DNA of 63,723 nucleotides, filler included, from Octopus bimaculoides (GCF_001194135.2; 7 parts of 7 records of this genome joined end to end with filler, not necessarily neighbours in it); one strand, 5' to 3'. Counted from the first letter of the whole stretch, positions 12,745-25,989 are shown. The notes: generated from the sequence alone by a model not told the origin. A program made the numbers and translations.

Positions 12745-15055
12745 GATCCATGATAGAAAAAACCTGAATGACATGTAGCTTGGCTTTGTCCCCAGAAAAG
12801 GCACTGCAGATGCAATCTCCCTAGTGAGGCAACTATTGGAGAAATACCTGGCTAAGAGTAAACCATTATTCTTGATGTGGTCGATGCCAGTGCAGGCTGA
12901 CTGGTCCCTGTGCCAGTGGCATGTAAAAAGCACCATTCAAACGTGGTTGTTGCCAGTGCTGCCTGACTGGCTCCTGTGCTGGTGGCATGTAAAAAGCACC
13001 CACTACATTCTCAGAGTGATTGGCGTTAGGAAGAGCATCCAGCTGTAGAAACATTGCTAAATCAGATTGGAGCCTGGTGCAGCCTTCTGGCTCACCAGCC
13101 CTCAGTCAAACTGTTCAACCTATGCCAGCATGGAAAGCAGATGTTAAACAATGATGATGANNNNNNNNNNNNNNNNNNNNNNNNNNNNNNNNNNNNNNNN
13201 NNNNNNNNNNNNNNNNNNNNNNNNNNNNNNNNNNNNNNNNNNNNNNNNNGGAGGAGGAGGAGGAGGAGGAGGAGGAGGAAATATTTGACAGGGCACTACA
13301 TTTAGTAACTTGGTGGTTTTGAGGAAACTTTGATGAATGACTTGTACAGATGAATGACTTGTACAGGTGGTTCATGTTATGTACAAGGATGATGTAAGTA
13401 AAGTGAGAATGGTAATGGCTTCAGTGATGAATTTAGTGGGGAAATAGAAGTTTATTGAGGTTCATTCCTCCGTCCTCTTCTATTTATCATAGTCCTGTAA
13501 GCCATTGCTGAAGAGTTTAAGTCTTGCTTCCTTAGGAGTTCTTATGTGTTGATCATGTTCCCATAGCTGAATTTATTGGGGAATTAGAGAAGAAATTCCT
13601 AGCATGGAAGCTAAACCTGAAATTGAGTGGCCTTGAGGTTAACCTGGAAAAGACAAAAGTTTTAGGCCTGGGCAAAGTTCAGAGAGCTCCTACCTCTCCT
13701 TGTGACAAGGGGGCTCTCGTTCAGAGTAAAAGGTAGACAGTATGATGCATGCGTGCGAAAAGTCATGCTACATGGCGGTGAAACATGGGTTGTGACTGCT
13801 GAGGACATGCGTAAGCTTGCAAGGAATGAAGCTAGTATGCTCTGCTGGATGTGTAATGTTAGTATGCATATACAACAGAGTGTAAGCACCCTGAGAGAAA
13901 AGTTGGACATAAGAAGCATCAGATGTGGTGTGCAAGAGAGATGACTGTACTGGTTTGGTCATGTGTTGCATATAGATGAGGACAGCTGTGTGAAGTGTCA
14001 CACCCTAATAGTGGAGGGAACCTGTGGAAGAGGTAGACTTAGGAAGACCTGGGATTAGGTGGTGAAGCACAACCTTCGAATGTTGGGCCACACAGAAGTG
14101 ATCATAAGTGACCGAGACCTTTGGAGATATGCTGTGTTTGAGAAGATCCAGCAAGCCAAGTGAAGTTGTAACCATGGTCTGTGCCAGTGCAGCATAACCA
14201 GCCCATTTAAGAGTACCCTTCAATCATTGGGCAATAAACTGCGCTTGCGAAAACCTGTCGAGGCAAGTGAAATTGTTGTCATGGCCAATGACAGTGTCGC
14301 CTGATTGGCACCCATGACGGTAGCACGTAAAAAGTACCATTCGAGCATGGTCGATGCCAGTGCCGGCTGACTGGTCCCATGCCAGTGGCACATAAAAAGC
14401 ACCATTCGAACGTGGTTGTTGCCAGTGCCACCTGACTGGCTCCTGTGCTGGTGGCACGTAAAAAGCACCCATTACACTCTCAGAGTGGTTGGCGTTAGGA
14501 AGAGCATCCAGCTGTAGAAACAGCTAAATCAGATTGGAACCTGGTGCAGCCATCTGGCTCGCCAGCCCTCAGTCAAACCGTCCAACCCATGCCAGCATGG
14601 AAAGTGGATGTTAAACAATGATGATGATGATGAGGACGAGGAGGAGGAGGAAAAGGCCTCGCTCAATATGTAGAAATTGGGTGGGTATAAATATTCCATA
14701 TGCTGCATTCATCCAAGAATGTAAGCTTCATATGTAATAGATGCACAGGAGCAAAATGTGTGAGCACTCCTAAAATTGAATCTCTTAACTACTTGGATGG
14801 CTCAATAGATATAATGGATAGCTTTTGTTACCTCAGCGGTTTAATGAGCAAGGGAGATGGTTGCTCTAAAAGTATAGCTGTTAGAGTAAGAACTGCTTGG
14901 AGAAAGTTCAGGGAGCTACTACCACTGTTGACAGCAAAGATCCTTTCCTTAAGAGTGAAGGGTAAATTGCATGATGCTTGTATTAGAACTGCAATGTTGT
15001 ATGGTAGTGAGACATGAACCTTTATTGAAGAAGACCTGAGAAGACTGGAAACATT
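12745..15055 (+). mobile_element. Nested RTE-clade LINE cluster: an old RT-bearing copy interrupted by two younger 3' fragments
   Basis: GFVPRKGTADAISLVRQLLEKY (from 12780); FD...EWLVQ...KTKVL (13278-13665); AWAKFRELLPLL...3' UTR (13666-14630); FCYL...AWRKFRELLPLL...YGSET (14655-15055). Confidence 0.85.
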
Positions 15056-15605
15056 GCGAAGTAAAGTTTGTGTTTTTGTCCTCTTCATTGTTTAGTAGTA
15101 ATTACAGAGAGAGATAGAATGATGTTGTAAGAGAATAGAATTAGAGCTAGTGAAAGTTGTAGGGTTGTGGGACGTTGTCTCACACTTGTTGACAGTAGAC
15201 TTCATTTCTCCCTCTGATCAAGGTTCTAGCTGGTCAGCCAGACTTTGATCTCACTGAGTTGTCACTGAAGTGACTAACTCGTTGAGTCATCACCAAGTAA
15301 CTGAACTATCGTTTTGCTTGGGGCTCTTGCTTTTATAACTATCCAGAAGGATAGACATATCATTCAGAACCATGAGCTTTGTTGGTGGTCTTGTTGTCTC
15401 TATTCTAGCTTTTGGTGAAGTAGAAGAGGTTATAAGGGTCAAGTAGTGAAGACATTATTTCGGCCTAGCTAAAGGCAATCTGGCAAATGTAAAATTGCTG
15501 TCAGAGAAAAAAACCATTGTTCCACTGTGAGAAAAGTTCTGTTGAACTGTTAATTTAAATTTGGCTATGGTGGATCGAATCCACTTCATGCCTGCAAGAT
15601 CCTAT

Positions 15606-15652
<47 letters not shown>

Positions 15653-15672
15653 TGTGTGTGTGTGTATGTGTG

Positions 15673-16516
15673 TGTATTGAACAAGGAGATGGAATAAACA
15701 GGCTTCAATTGCAGATTACAACATTTGTTTCTGTCTGTGTGCATGCGGCATATATAAATAACACAGTAGATAAGTCAGGCCTCATGTACAAGAGAATGTA
15801 TACAACAATGTGAAATAACGGACAGTCGTATAAGCAATAGTGTGTGTACAATATGTGAGTGTACAAGTGTGTGTGTGAGTGAGAGGAACACAGAACATAG
15901 ACTGTAAAATGTCTTAAAACACTGAGATAGAGAAAAACCAGTTTGCATAAGAGTTACACAAGATATAGAATGTTCATATGCAGGAAGTTGTGGCCGAAGG
16001 AGCAGAGCTGTGGTATCACAATATATGTTGGGTGTCGATGCTGTGACCGGTTACCAGATACGGAATATTCTCGCAGGTTAGTTCTGACTGTTGCTCGTGG
16101 TGGGAATAATCCACTCATACAGTGTCGAGATAAAACTGTGGTTGATATTGGTGTGTACTCTGTGGTGGGGTTGCTGGCGACGACATTGTAGACAGTACAC
16201 TGTGGGTGAAGACGTCGCGGGAAACTGGCTGCAGCTGTGTTCTGTATGTGTGGTCAGCAACCAGACATGTGAGAAGTCTGAAATCGAAGATGACTGGCGT
16301 CATTGGTGCGGGCTTATTTATAGGTGAAATAGGGCTCACCGGAAACCCAGAGAAACTCTCTCTCACGTGACCTTATCTGAAGGCCACGATTGGACGGAAT
16401 GCACCCTGGCGTGAGACAGAAATGGGGACAATTGCCGCGCATATAAGAACCGATCAGGGCGGTGGACAGAAGGGTCCAAGACAGCCGAAGGCTAGATGTT
16501 AGCCGTTTCGTTATCA
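15673..16516 (-). mobile_element. Possible solo LTR (~845 bp)
   Basis: TG...CA termini; minus-strand CTATAAATA at 16315-16323 with CCAAT at 16389-16393; flanks tgtg/tttg match only 3 of 4; no coding homology seen. Confidence 0.4.
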
Positions 16517-16876
16517 TTTGTGATTGAATGCCCGAGAGAGGTTTTGCTACACTATCATTGCTTCCTCTCCTATTCCTCCACCTTGGTCTAAATGCTTAAG
16601 TTACTCATTTTGTTGCCATGTAAAGTTATTGGTGACAGCAAAGACATTTATATGTAAATACCAATCCAAATGACACATATGAACATCAGTCTTTAAGAGC
16701 AGCAGCTGCCAGTAAGAAATTTCTCAGACTGTAATGATGCATCCAACCCATGCCAGCACGGAAATCAGATGTAAAATGATAGTGTTATACATACATACAT
16801 ACATACATACAGGTTCACACACACACACATGCACACACACTCGCGCACACACACACACGCACACGCACACACGCAC

Positions 16877-16911
<35 letters not shown>

Positions 16912-16974
16912 ATGATGATGATCATGATGGTAATGATGGTAAAGATGATGATTATGAACTAATACTTTGTTCAG

Positions 16975-17330
16975 CGGAATCATTACCGTGCCACGTAAAA
17001 TGCTTAGCGACATTTCATCCGTCTTCACGTTCTGAGTTCAAATTCCGCTTAGGTGGACTTTGCCTTTCAATCTTTTGGGGGTCAATAAAATAGTTGTGCA
17101 CTGCTGTCAATCTTAACACCAATCCTGAACTTGCTGACTTTGGGCCAAAATTTGAAGCCATTATTTAGCAGAATCGGTTGCATGCTGGACCAATGCTCAA
17201 GTAGCATTTCGTCCATCTTTATTTTTGAGTTCAAATTCCGTTGAGGTCAACTTTGCTTTTCATCCTTTCAAACAATAAATTGAACATCTTCCTCTTGCCC
17301 TCAAACTGCTGGCCTTGTGACTATTGTAGT
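16975..17330 (+). mobile_element. Two tandem degenerate copies of tRNA-derived SINE family 2
   Basis: aaaatgcttagc...ttctgagttcaaattccg...actttgc(c/t)ttt occurs at ~16998-17070 and ~17200-17270. Confidence 0.75.
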
Positions 17331-17759
17331 ACTAAAGGACTATTTCATTTAAATTATAGGTTATGGTGACCTAAAATTAGAATGGTTCAACTGAACCGAT
17401 CATAATTATATTAAAAAGTTTAATTCAACTTATTAATTCATATTTTTATATTCTATGAATATTTTTTTCATACTGTGATAGTCGTATTTACCACATTGAC
17501 TCACATTAGAACTGATATTAAAAGTAGTTCATTTTAAAAATTGAAAAGAGAAATTAAATTTGTAATTTTTCAAAAATAAACTAAATCAATCAAAAATTAA
17601 AGTCTTAAAAATTGTTGATGTAGGCTAAACTCAATACAGCTTTGATCAAGAAGAATAAAAATCCAAGTATTCTAGCAGAAACCATTCAATTATTTATTTT
17701 CTTGGCTTTTATCTTTTTCTTTACATTTGGTTTTTCCTTTTTATTCAGATGTAAGCTCA

Positions 17760-17835
17760 GGCCTAGGTGTGCAGCCACATGGTTTTGGGGTTCAATCCCA
17801 CTGCATGATACAGTGGACAAGTGTCTTCTACTACG
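17760..17835 (+). mobile_element. SINE family 1 head fragment
   Basis: ccacatggttttggggttcaatcccactgcatg...gacaagtgtcttctacta. Confidence 0.65.
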
Positions 17836-17914
17836 CCTTTATCTCAGATTTTTATTCCTTGATACTTAGTTGAGGGGGTGGGGTCTTGTCTTGTCTTGCA
17901 AGTTCATGGTGAGT

Positions 17915-18790
17915 GACCTCACCAATGCTCGTGTCGCATAAAACGCACCCAATACACTCTGTGAAGTGGTTGACATGTAGAACGACATCCAGTTGCTGAA
18001 GCCATTTGAAGCCTGAAGTCACGGCAAAGCAGATATTAGAACTTGGTGCAGCTCTCTGGCTTGTCTGTTCATGTCAAACTGTTCAGCCAATGGCACAATG
18101 GAAAATGGGGATGAGGATGATGATATATGTGTGCATATATATATATCATCATCATCATCATCATCGTTTAACGTTCACTTTCCATGCTAGCATGGGTTGG
18201 ACGATTTGACTGAGGACTGGTGAACCAGATGGCTACACCAGGCTCCAATCTGATCTGGCAGAGTTTCTACAGCTGGATGCCCTTCCTAACGCCAACCACT
18301 CAGAGAGTGTAGTGGGTACTTTTTACGTGCCACCGGCACGAAGGCCAGTCAGGCGGTACTGGCAACGGCCACGCTCAAAATGGTGTATTTTATGTGCCAC
18401 CCGCACAAGAGCCAGTCCAGGAGCACTGGCAACGATCTCTCTCGAAAGTCCTTACACATGCTGCGGGCACAAGTGCCAGAAAGTATGCGTATATGAATAT
18501 TTATAAATCATCATCATCATTATCTAACGTCTGCCTTCCATGCTAGCATAGATTGGATGGTGTGACAGGAACTGGCCAGGTAGAAGACTACACCAAGGTA
18601 CTGTGTATGTTTTGGCATGGTTTTTACGAGTGGATACCCTTCTCAACACCAAACACTCCACAGAATGGACTGAGTGCTTTTTATGTGACACTAGCACAGG
18701 AGAGGTCAGTTTTGGCATGGTTTTTTACAGCTGGGTGCCCTTCCAACTACGAACCTCTTTACAGTGTGGACTGGATGCTTTTTACAGTTC
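17915..18790. mobile_element. Three RTE 3' UTR fragments: + at ~17915-18125, - at ~18145-18480, - at ~18505-18790
   Basis: Match the 3' UTR at 14345-14630 (ccaacccatgccagcatggaaa...gttaaac(g/a)atgatgat tail). Confidence 0.8.
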
Positions 18791-18792
18791 TT

Positions 18793-19371
18793 GGTAATTT
18801 CACCACCTGAAAATTCGAATCCAGGTAAAAAAATGTCACCGAAAGGCACAGGGTTTTGTCCAGGAGGCAGTGGGGTTCGAGAGGGTTTTGTCCTAGTGGA
18901 GTTTTGTCTGGATCCCATAAATTAATTGTGACTTTTTTTTCTAGCTAAAATTGTGACTTTATTACTGTAACTTTTTTTTATGGTAACTTTATTACTGGTC
19001 ACCAAAAAATTTGCCCCTGGTAATTTCACCACTTGCAATTTTGCACCAAGTAATTTTGCCACTACTGCCCAAGCCCAAAATGTGAACTCTTTTGGAGTTT
19101 TTTTTTGGTCATTGAGGTTGTGAGAGCGTCAAATCTATGATGGTTTAGAACTTAGGAGATATATTTTGCAAATAAAAATATACCTATGATATTGCACGAC
19201 TACCCTGAGTGTGTTATATATCCCAAGTACAGAATATACTTATGATGAAATTACAGGAATGAAAATACCAGAAGTTACCAGTGGCGAAATTTCCGATGGT
19301 GATTTTACTGGGAACAAAATTACCGGGGAAAAGAAATTTCTAGTGCTGAATTTACCAGTGGTGAAATTACC
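18793..19371. mobile_element. Motif-array element of the 11171 family plus a nested 353-bp fold-back (19019-19371) with GGTAATTTCACCACT termini
   Basis: ggtaatttcaccac at 18793 and 19019; its reverse complement agtggtgaaattacc at 19357-19371. Confidence 0.55.
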
Positions 19372-19534
19372 TATATTTGATTTTTATGTGGCACCAGCAC
19401 TAGCACCAGCAGGGTCTCCAAGTAACTAGCAAGACAAGAAATTTTGAGAGGGGAAAGAGCATTGGAGGGTGAACTTGTGTCAGATGATGAAAGGCGATAT
19501 ACATCCATACATACATACATACATACATACATAC

Positions 19535-19980
19535 ATGATAATGATGGCTGTCCACTTGTGGCCGAGGAAGACCATTGCCGACCTTCAGGAACATTGTGCG
19601 CTCTAGGACTAACTTATATTTTGCATTTGCGGCTCTGTTGGTGGCTAATGAGCCCTGCTCTTGACAAGCATACACGACTGCAAACATTGCAGACCAAGCT
19701 TTCCCCATTCACTATACAAGCCGTGCGCTTTCGTGCAGCTCGCTTAAGTTCTTCATGCTGGATACGTGCTCTCTCAAAAGTGTTGATCCCCTCCTTAACC
19801 TGCTTCCTCCATCCGTGGTGATGACAGGCATTGCTCTCCCAGTCAGAGTCCTGCATATCACAAGCCTTTAATGAGGACTTGACACAGTCCTTAAAGCGCA
19901 GCCTTGGTTTCTGCTGGAGTCTCCTTCCATTCACAAGTTCTCCATATAGCATCTGCTTAGGAATCCTGCTATCCTTCATA
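19535..19980 (-). mobile_element. RTE (BovB-like) LINE 3' end with C-terminal C2H2-type finger
   Basis: ORF 19614-19991: RIPKQMLYGEL...PRLRFKD...WRK...CNVCSRVCLSRAGLISH. Confidence 0.85.
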
Positions 19981-20221
19981 CATACATACATGTGTAAGAT
20001 ATCGTTTCTTGGTGTTATAGCTAAGAATTGAAAACTTGACCTAGATTTTCCTATGAGATTTTTTTCCCTATCTTTTGGTGTTAGTACTCAGAAATTTATG
20101 AGGTCACCTGTCAAACTTATCTTGGTTCCTTTGTTTAAGTTAGAATTCTATGGTCATTTTGGGGATATGATAGATAAGAAATATATATCCCTTTGTTCTT
20201 GAACATAATTTCATGCTTCAC

Positions 20222-20600
20222 CATCTTGTCCCATGTATTTCAGGGTCTACCCCTTCCACAGGTTCCCTCCACAGTTAAGGATCAGCACTTCTTCACACAG
20301 CTGCCCTCGTCCATATGAATCACATGACCATACCAATGCAGCCATCTCTCTTGCACACCATATCAGATGCTTTTTGTACCCAAATTTTCTCTCAATACAT
20401 TTACACTCTGTCATATATGCATACTGATGTTACCCATCCAGTGAAACATACTGGCTTCATTTCTTTCAAGCCTTTGCAGGTCCCCTGCAGTCACAGTCCA
20501 TGATTCACTGTCATGTAGTATGAATGCTTGCACACAGGCATCATACAGTCTGCCTTTCATTCAGAGGGAGAAGCCCTTTGTTACCAACAAAGATAAGGGT
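20222..20600 (-). mobile_element. RTE LINE C-terminal fragment
   Basis: Reverse-complement homologue of 13680-14060. Confidence 0.8.
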
Positions 20601-20663
20601 ATTCATGTTATATTTGACAGTTTGCATTAAAGGAAAACTAAACAATACCTCCTCCTCCTCCTC

Positions 20664-20700
<37 letters not shown>

Positions 20701-21236
20701 CTCCTCCTCCTCCTCCTCCTACCCATCCTCTTCCTACCCCATCNNNNNNNNNNNNNNNNNNNNNNNNNNNNNNNNNNNNNNNNNNNNTTAATTAATTAAN
20801 NNNNNNNNNNNNNNNNNNNNNNNNNNNNNNNNNNNNNNNNNNNTCTCTTTTTTTTTTTGTGTGTGTGTACCGAAAAAATGTCACGTATTGTTGTTAGATA
20901 TGTAGTAGAAAGAAAACGGACAAAATTGGTCTGGGCGGTGGGTGGCAGTGGAATGACGATCCATAAATTTAAAAAAAATCCTTATGTAAACGGAAAATGT
21001 CCAACTTATGACAGCGTATTATTCCGAATACCCGGCAACGATGGGATACTCAACTAGTGTGTGTGTGTATGTGTGTGTTTGTATGTGTGTGTGTGTGTTG
21101 TAAAAGGGAATGAAAAATCCACGCAGATATCAATAAAGCACTTAGTATTAAATGAGCTTGGTCAATCATATGCAATTTATTATATATGTATGTATATACA
21201 TGTATGCGTATATGTAAATGCATATCAAAAGAGAGT

Positions 21237-21620
21237 GGGGGCGCAATGGCCCAGTGGTTGGGGCAGCGGACTCGCGGTCATAGGATCGCGGTTTCGATTC
21301 CCTGACCGGGCGTTGTGAATGTTTATTGAGCGAAAACACCTAAAAAGCTCCACGAGGCTCCGGCAGGGGATGGTGGCGAACCCTGCTGTACTCTTCCACC
21401 ACAACTTTCTCTCACTCTTACTTCCTGTTTCTGTTGTGCCTGTAATTCAAAGGGACCAGCCTTGTCACACTCTGTGTCACGCTGAATCTCCCCGAGAACT
21501 ACGATAAGGGTACACGTGTCTGTGGAGTGCTCAGCCACTTGCACGTTAATTTCACGAGCAGGCTGTTCCGTTGATCGGATCAACTGGAACCCTCGACGTC
21601 GTAAGCGACGGAGTGCCAAC
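21237..21620 (+). mobile_element. Full-length tRNA-derived SINE family 3 (~385 bp)
   Basis: A box tggcccagtgg, B box ggtttcgattccc, body, and tail ...gacggagtgccaac running into (CA)n. Confidence 0.9.
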
Positions 21621-22190
21621 ACACACACAACAATGTATATACATGCATGCGTATATGTATATGCGTATCAAAAGAGAAGAATAAAAATGAATTAGTATAT
21701 TTCAAATTCCCTGTTAAATTCTACGCGTTTCATCACACGAGAAGAGCTGCAAAGATACACATGTAGAAAAAAACATATAAGCATTTCTATCGTAATTCTT
21801 CAAACTACTTTTGAATCTTAGTGAGAAGAATTACGGATAGGTGATCCTACACAAGTTTTTCTAGATGTGTACCTTTGTAACTCCTATCCTGTAACAAAAC
21901 ACGTGCAACATAGAATTAAAAATATGCCGAAACATTTTTTTTTCTGTTATCTGATTTGATATATAATTACTTGGCAAATTGAATTCACGTAAAAACTTTC
22001 TGTCGCTTTGTGTATCACGTTTGAAATAAAACATCTATATACTTGTATTTAATTACTACGACCAGATGTAGTTCATGTGCACACATCTTCAGTTATAAGT
22101 CCTTATATACACAATCTGCGCGCGCACAAGCACACGCACATGTACACACACACCCATATATACAGTGTGTGTGTTGGTTGTGTGTGTATA

Positions 22191-22353
22191 GGTGCAGGAG
22201 TGGCTGTGTGGTAAGAAGTTTGCTTCCTGACCACATGATTCCAGGTTCAGTCCCAATGTGCGGCACCTTGGGCAAGTGTCTTCTACTATAGCCACGGGTT
22301 GACCAATGCCTTGTGAATGGATTTGGTAGACGGAAACTGAAAAAAAGCCCGTC

Positions 22354-22393
<40 letters not shown>

Positions 22394-23070
22394 TTATTTA
22401 TTTATGCACGTGTGTGTATGTGTGCTTGTTACCCTGAAATTGCTTCATAATAGATGCTGGTGCCNNNNNNNNNNNNNNNNNNNNNNNNNNNNNNNNNNNN
22501 NNNNNNNNNNNNNNNNNNNNNNNNNNNNNNNNNNNNNNNNNNNNNNNNNNNNNNNNNNNNNNNNNNNNNNNNNNNNNNNNNNNNNNNNNNNNNNNNNNNN
22601 NNNNNNNNNNNNNNNNNNNNNNNNNNNNNNNNNNNNNNNNNNNNNNNNNNNNNNNNNNNNNNNNNNNNNNNNNNNNNNNNNNNNNNNNNNNNNNNNNNNN
22701 NNNNNNNNNNNNNNNNNNNNNNNNNNNNNNNNNNNNNNNNNNNNNNNNNNNNNNNNNNNNNNNNNNNNNNNNNNNNNNNNNNNNNNNNNNNNNNNNNNNN
22801 NNNNNNNNNNNNNNNNNNNNNNNNNNNNNNNNNNNNNNNNNNNNNNNNNNNNNNNNNNNNNNNNNNNNNNNNNNNNNNNNNNNNNNNNNNNNNNNNNNNN
22901 NNNNNNNNTATATATATATATATGTTTGTGTGTCTGTAGTTCGGCAAAAGAGACCGACAGAATATGTACTAGGCTTACAAAGAATAAGTCCTGGGGTCGA
23001 TTTGCTCGACTTAAGGGGGTGCTCCAGCATGACCGCAGTCAACTGACTGAAACAAGAGAAAGAGTAAAGA
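22191..23070 (+). mobile_element. SINE family 1 with its central microsatellite in an assembly gap: head 22191-22355, tail ~22920-23070
   Basis: Head contains gcaccttgggcaagtgtcttctactatagcc, similar to the CORE/MIR motif gaccttgggcaagt; tail matches other copies. Confidence 0.85.
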
Positions 23071-23334
23071 GTAAGAGTAACTACGTATCCCAATCCTTCG
23101 CTTAAGCTTAGTGCGACTAACAACTTGGTGTAGAACTCAATACATGTATGCTCCAAAACACAATATTAAATGAGTATAGAGCGGTAATAAGAACAAAGAA
23201 ACGACACTGGAAAAACGATGGTTTTGTTATGAGCTTCATTAGCTTACAGCTGATTCAGTGTCTGGCAAAGATCCTCTAGATTCATCGGTGCCTCGAAAAC
23301 GAAGCGTATGTTCTTGGGCAAAAAGTTTATATTC

Positions 23335-23885
23335 TTGTATTCTTTTTTACTTGTTTCAGTCATTTGACTGCGGCCATGCTGGAGCACCGCCTTTAGTCGA
23401 ACAAACCGAGCCCCTGGACTTAACACTTTGTAAGCCTATCGGTTCTCTTTCGCCGAACTGCTAATTTACAGAAACACACCAACACCGGTTAAGTCACGGT
23501 TGGGGNNNNNNNNNNTATATATATACATACATACATATATATACACACACGAACACACATTCAACGGGCTTCTTTCAGTATCCTTCTACTAAATCCACTC
23601 ACAAGGCTTTGTTCGGCACGAGGCTATAGCAGAAGATACTTGCCCAAGGTGTCACGCAGTAGGACTGAGCCCAGAACCATGTGGTTGGTAAGGAAGCTTC
23701 TTACCACACATCCACGCCTACGCTTATACATATATTTTTTATCTTCTTACTGGTTTAAGTCCTTAGACTGCGGCCTCGCTGGAGCACCGACTAGAATTAT
23801 TTTTGTCACATGAATCGATACTGGTACTTATTCTATCGTCACTTTTGCCAAACCGCTAAGTAATGGGGACGTAAACACACCCCTG
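23335..23885 (-). mobile_element. SINE family 1 full copy (23335-23725) plus an extra degenerate tail (23735-23885)
   Basis: Reverse complements of head and tail in the expected order. Confidence 0.85.
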
Positions 23886-23989
23886 TCACATTTCCACCAT
23901 CTCCTCTCCCTTCGCCTCTCTCTTCTCACATTTTCCACTCTCTTCCCCACTCTCCTGCTTTCTCTCCCCCTCTCTCAATATTTCTTCTC

Positions 23990-24215
23990 ATGCAAGTCAC
24001 TTGGTGACCTCTCTGGTGCTGGTGCCACATAAAAGGAACCACCCAATACTCTCTGTAAAGTGGTTGGCGTTTGGAAAGAGGAACCAGCTGTAGAGACAAT
24101 ACCAAAAAAAGGCAAAAGGGCTTCGGTCTAGTCTTCTGACTTGCCAGATTCTGTAGAACCGTCCAACCCATGCCAGCGTGGAAAACGGACCTTAAATAAT
24201 GACGACGACGACAAC

Positions 24216-24261
<46 letters not shown>

Positions 24262-24265
24262 GTGA
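23990..24265 (+). mobile_element. RTE 3' UTR with (GAT)n tail
   Basis: gtggttggcgtt...ccgtccaacccatgccagcgtggaaaacggac...(gat)n. Confidence 0.8.
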
Positions 24266-24371
24266 TGATTACGATACGTGTGTAACTAACGCATGCTGAA
24301 ATATAATTATTTAATTACCGCCACAAAAAAAAATAAAAAAAGGAACTCACGAAGGAACACACAAACTCGAC

Positions 24372-24399
<28 letters not shown>

Positions 24400-24413
<14 letters not shown>

Positions 24414-25299
24414 TACGCGCGCACACATTCATACATACACACATACACACGCGCGCAAACACGCACATACGCACGCACACACATACACACATACACACCC
24501 ATACATACACATACACACGCACACATACATTCACACACTCATGGACACACATGCACACACATATAAATGTACACACACACATACGCATGCACATACACAC
24601 ATGCACATGCACAAACACACATACACACATGCACAAACACACATACACGTGCACATACACACACACAAACACACACACATGCACAAACACACACACACAC
24701 GCACATACACATACACAAACACACATGCACAAACACACATACACACGCACATACACACATGCACAAACACACACATGCACATACACACGCATATACACAC
24801 ACGTACACAAACATACACAAGCATATACACATACACACACACATATTCACACACACATGCACACCTACACATAAACACACATGCACAAACACACACATAC
24901 ACACGTACATACACATGCACACAAACACACATGCACAGACACACATACACATGCACACGCATATACACACATGTACACAAACATACACATGTATATACAC
25001 ATACACACACACATGCATATACACACGCACACACACATATATTTGTTAATATTTGCGATTGAAGAGAAATGTAAACTGAAGCGTCGCACATGACACATAT
25101 TGTTCGACGCACTCATAAAAAAAATGCACAGGAAACGAAAAATACTATTACATACATATAAATACAAATATACAATCTACAACGCGCACTTACACACACA
25201 GACACACAGACAAACACATACACACATATACACATACATATATACATATATATATATACATATATACATATACATATATACATATATACATATACATAT

Positions 25300-25332
<33 letters not shown>

Positions 25333-25630
25333 TACATATATATATATATACACATATATACATATATACATATGCACACATATACACATATATACATATA
25401 TACACACACGCACATTACAAAAGCAGTGCAATATATACATACACATATATACACTCAAACGCACAAACATAAATTTAAATATACAGTCAGCAACACACAC
25501 ACACACGGCGGGATACTTCCACATACACACTCACACTCAATCACACACACACACACACGCAAATATAAGCACAACAACCAACAACACACACACACACACA
25601 CGTACGCTCACACATACACACAGTGTATAA
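24400..25630. repeat. Long cryptic (CA/CATA/TA) low-complexity array
   Basis: Recurrent acacacatgcacaaacacacatacac variants; source of the His/Thr and Cys/Val ORFs. Confidence 0.9.
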
Positions 25631-25897
25631 ATAAAGTATTAAAAAAACACCCTCTAAATGAAATACATAATACAAGGTCTGAAGCGGAAAGTGTGCAAGA
25701 AGGGATAAGATTAAGGGGGATTAACAAGCAAGGGAAATGGGACGGGGGCTGTGGGGGAGGGTGGCAGGGCAAGGATGAGAGATTCTAAAACCATCATTAT
25801 CGAGTGTTCAGGTCGCTGTGACGCAATAAAAACCTCGTTCCATGTCTAATGTTTTTACGACAATTAAAGCTACCAAACGCCACTAGGACTGGTTATT

Positions 25898-25989
<92 letters not shown>

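Noticed and set aside
21237-21310. tRNA-like sequences (also at 3240-3307, 27950-28040 and 53957-54030)
   Set aside because: They continue into SINE bodies and lack a complete cloverleaf; SINE heads, not tRNA genes
24293-25630. His/Thr-rich ORFs up to 193 aa that could pass for metal-binding or structural proteins
   Set aside because: Products of (CA)-type repeats, open in most frames on both strands
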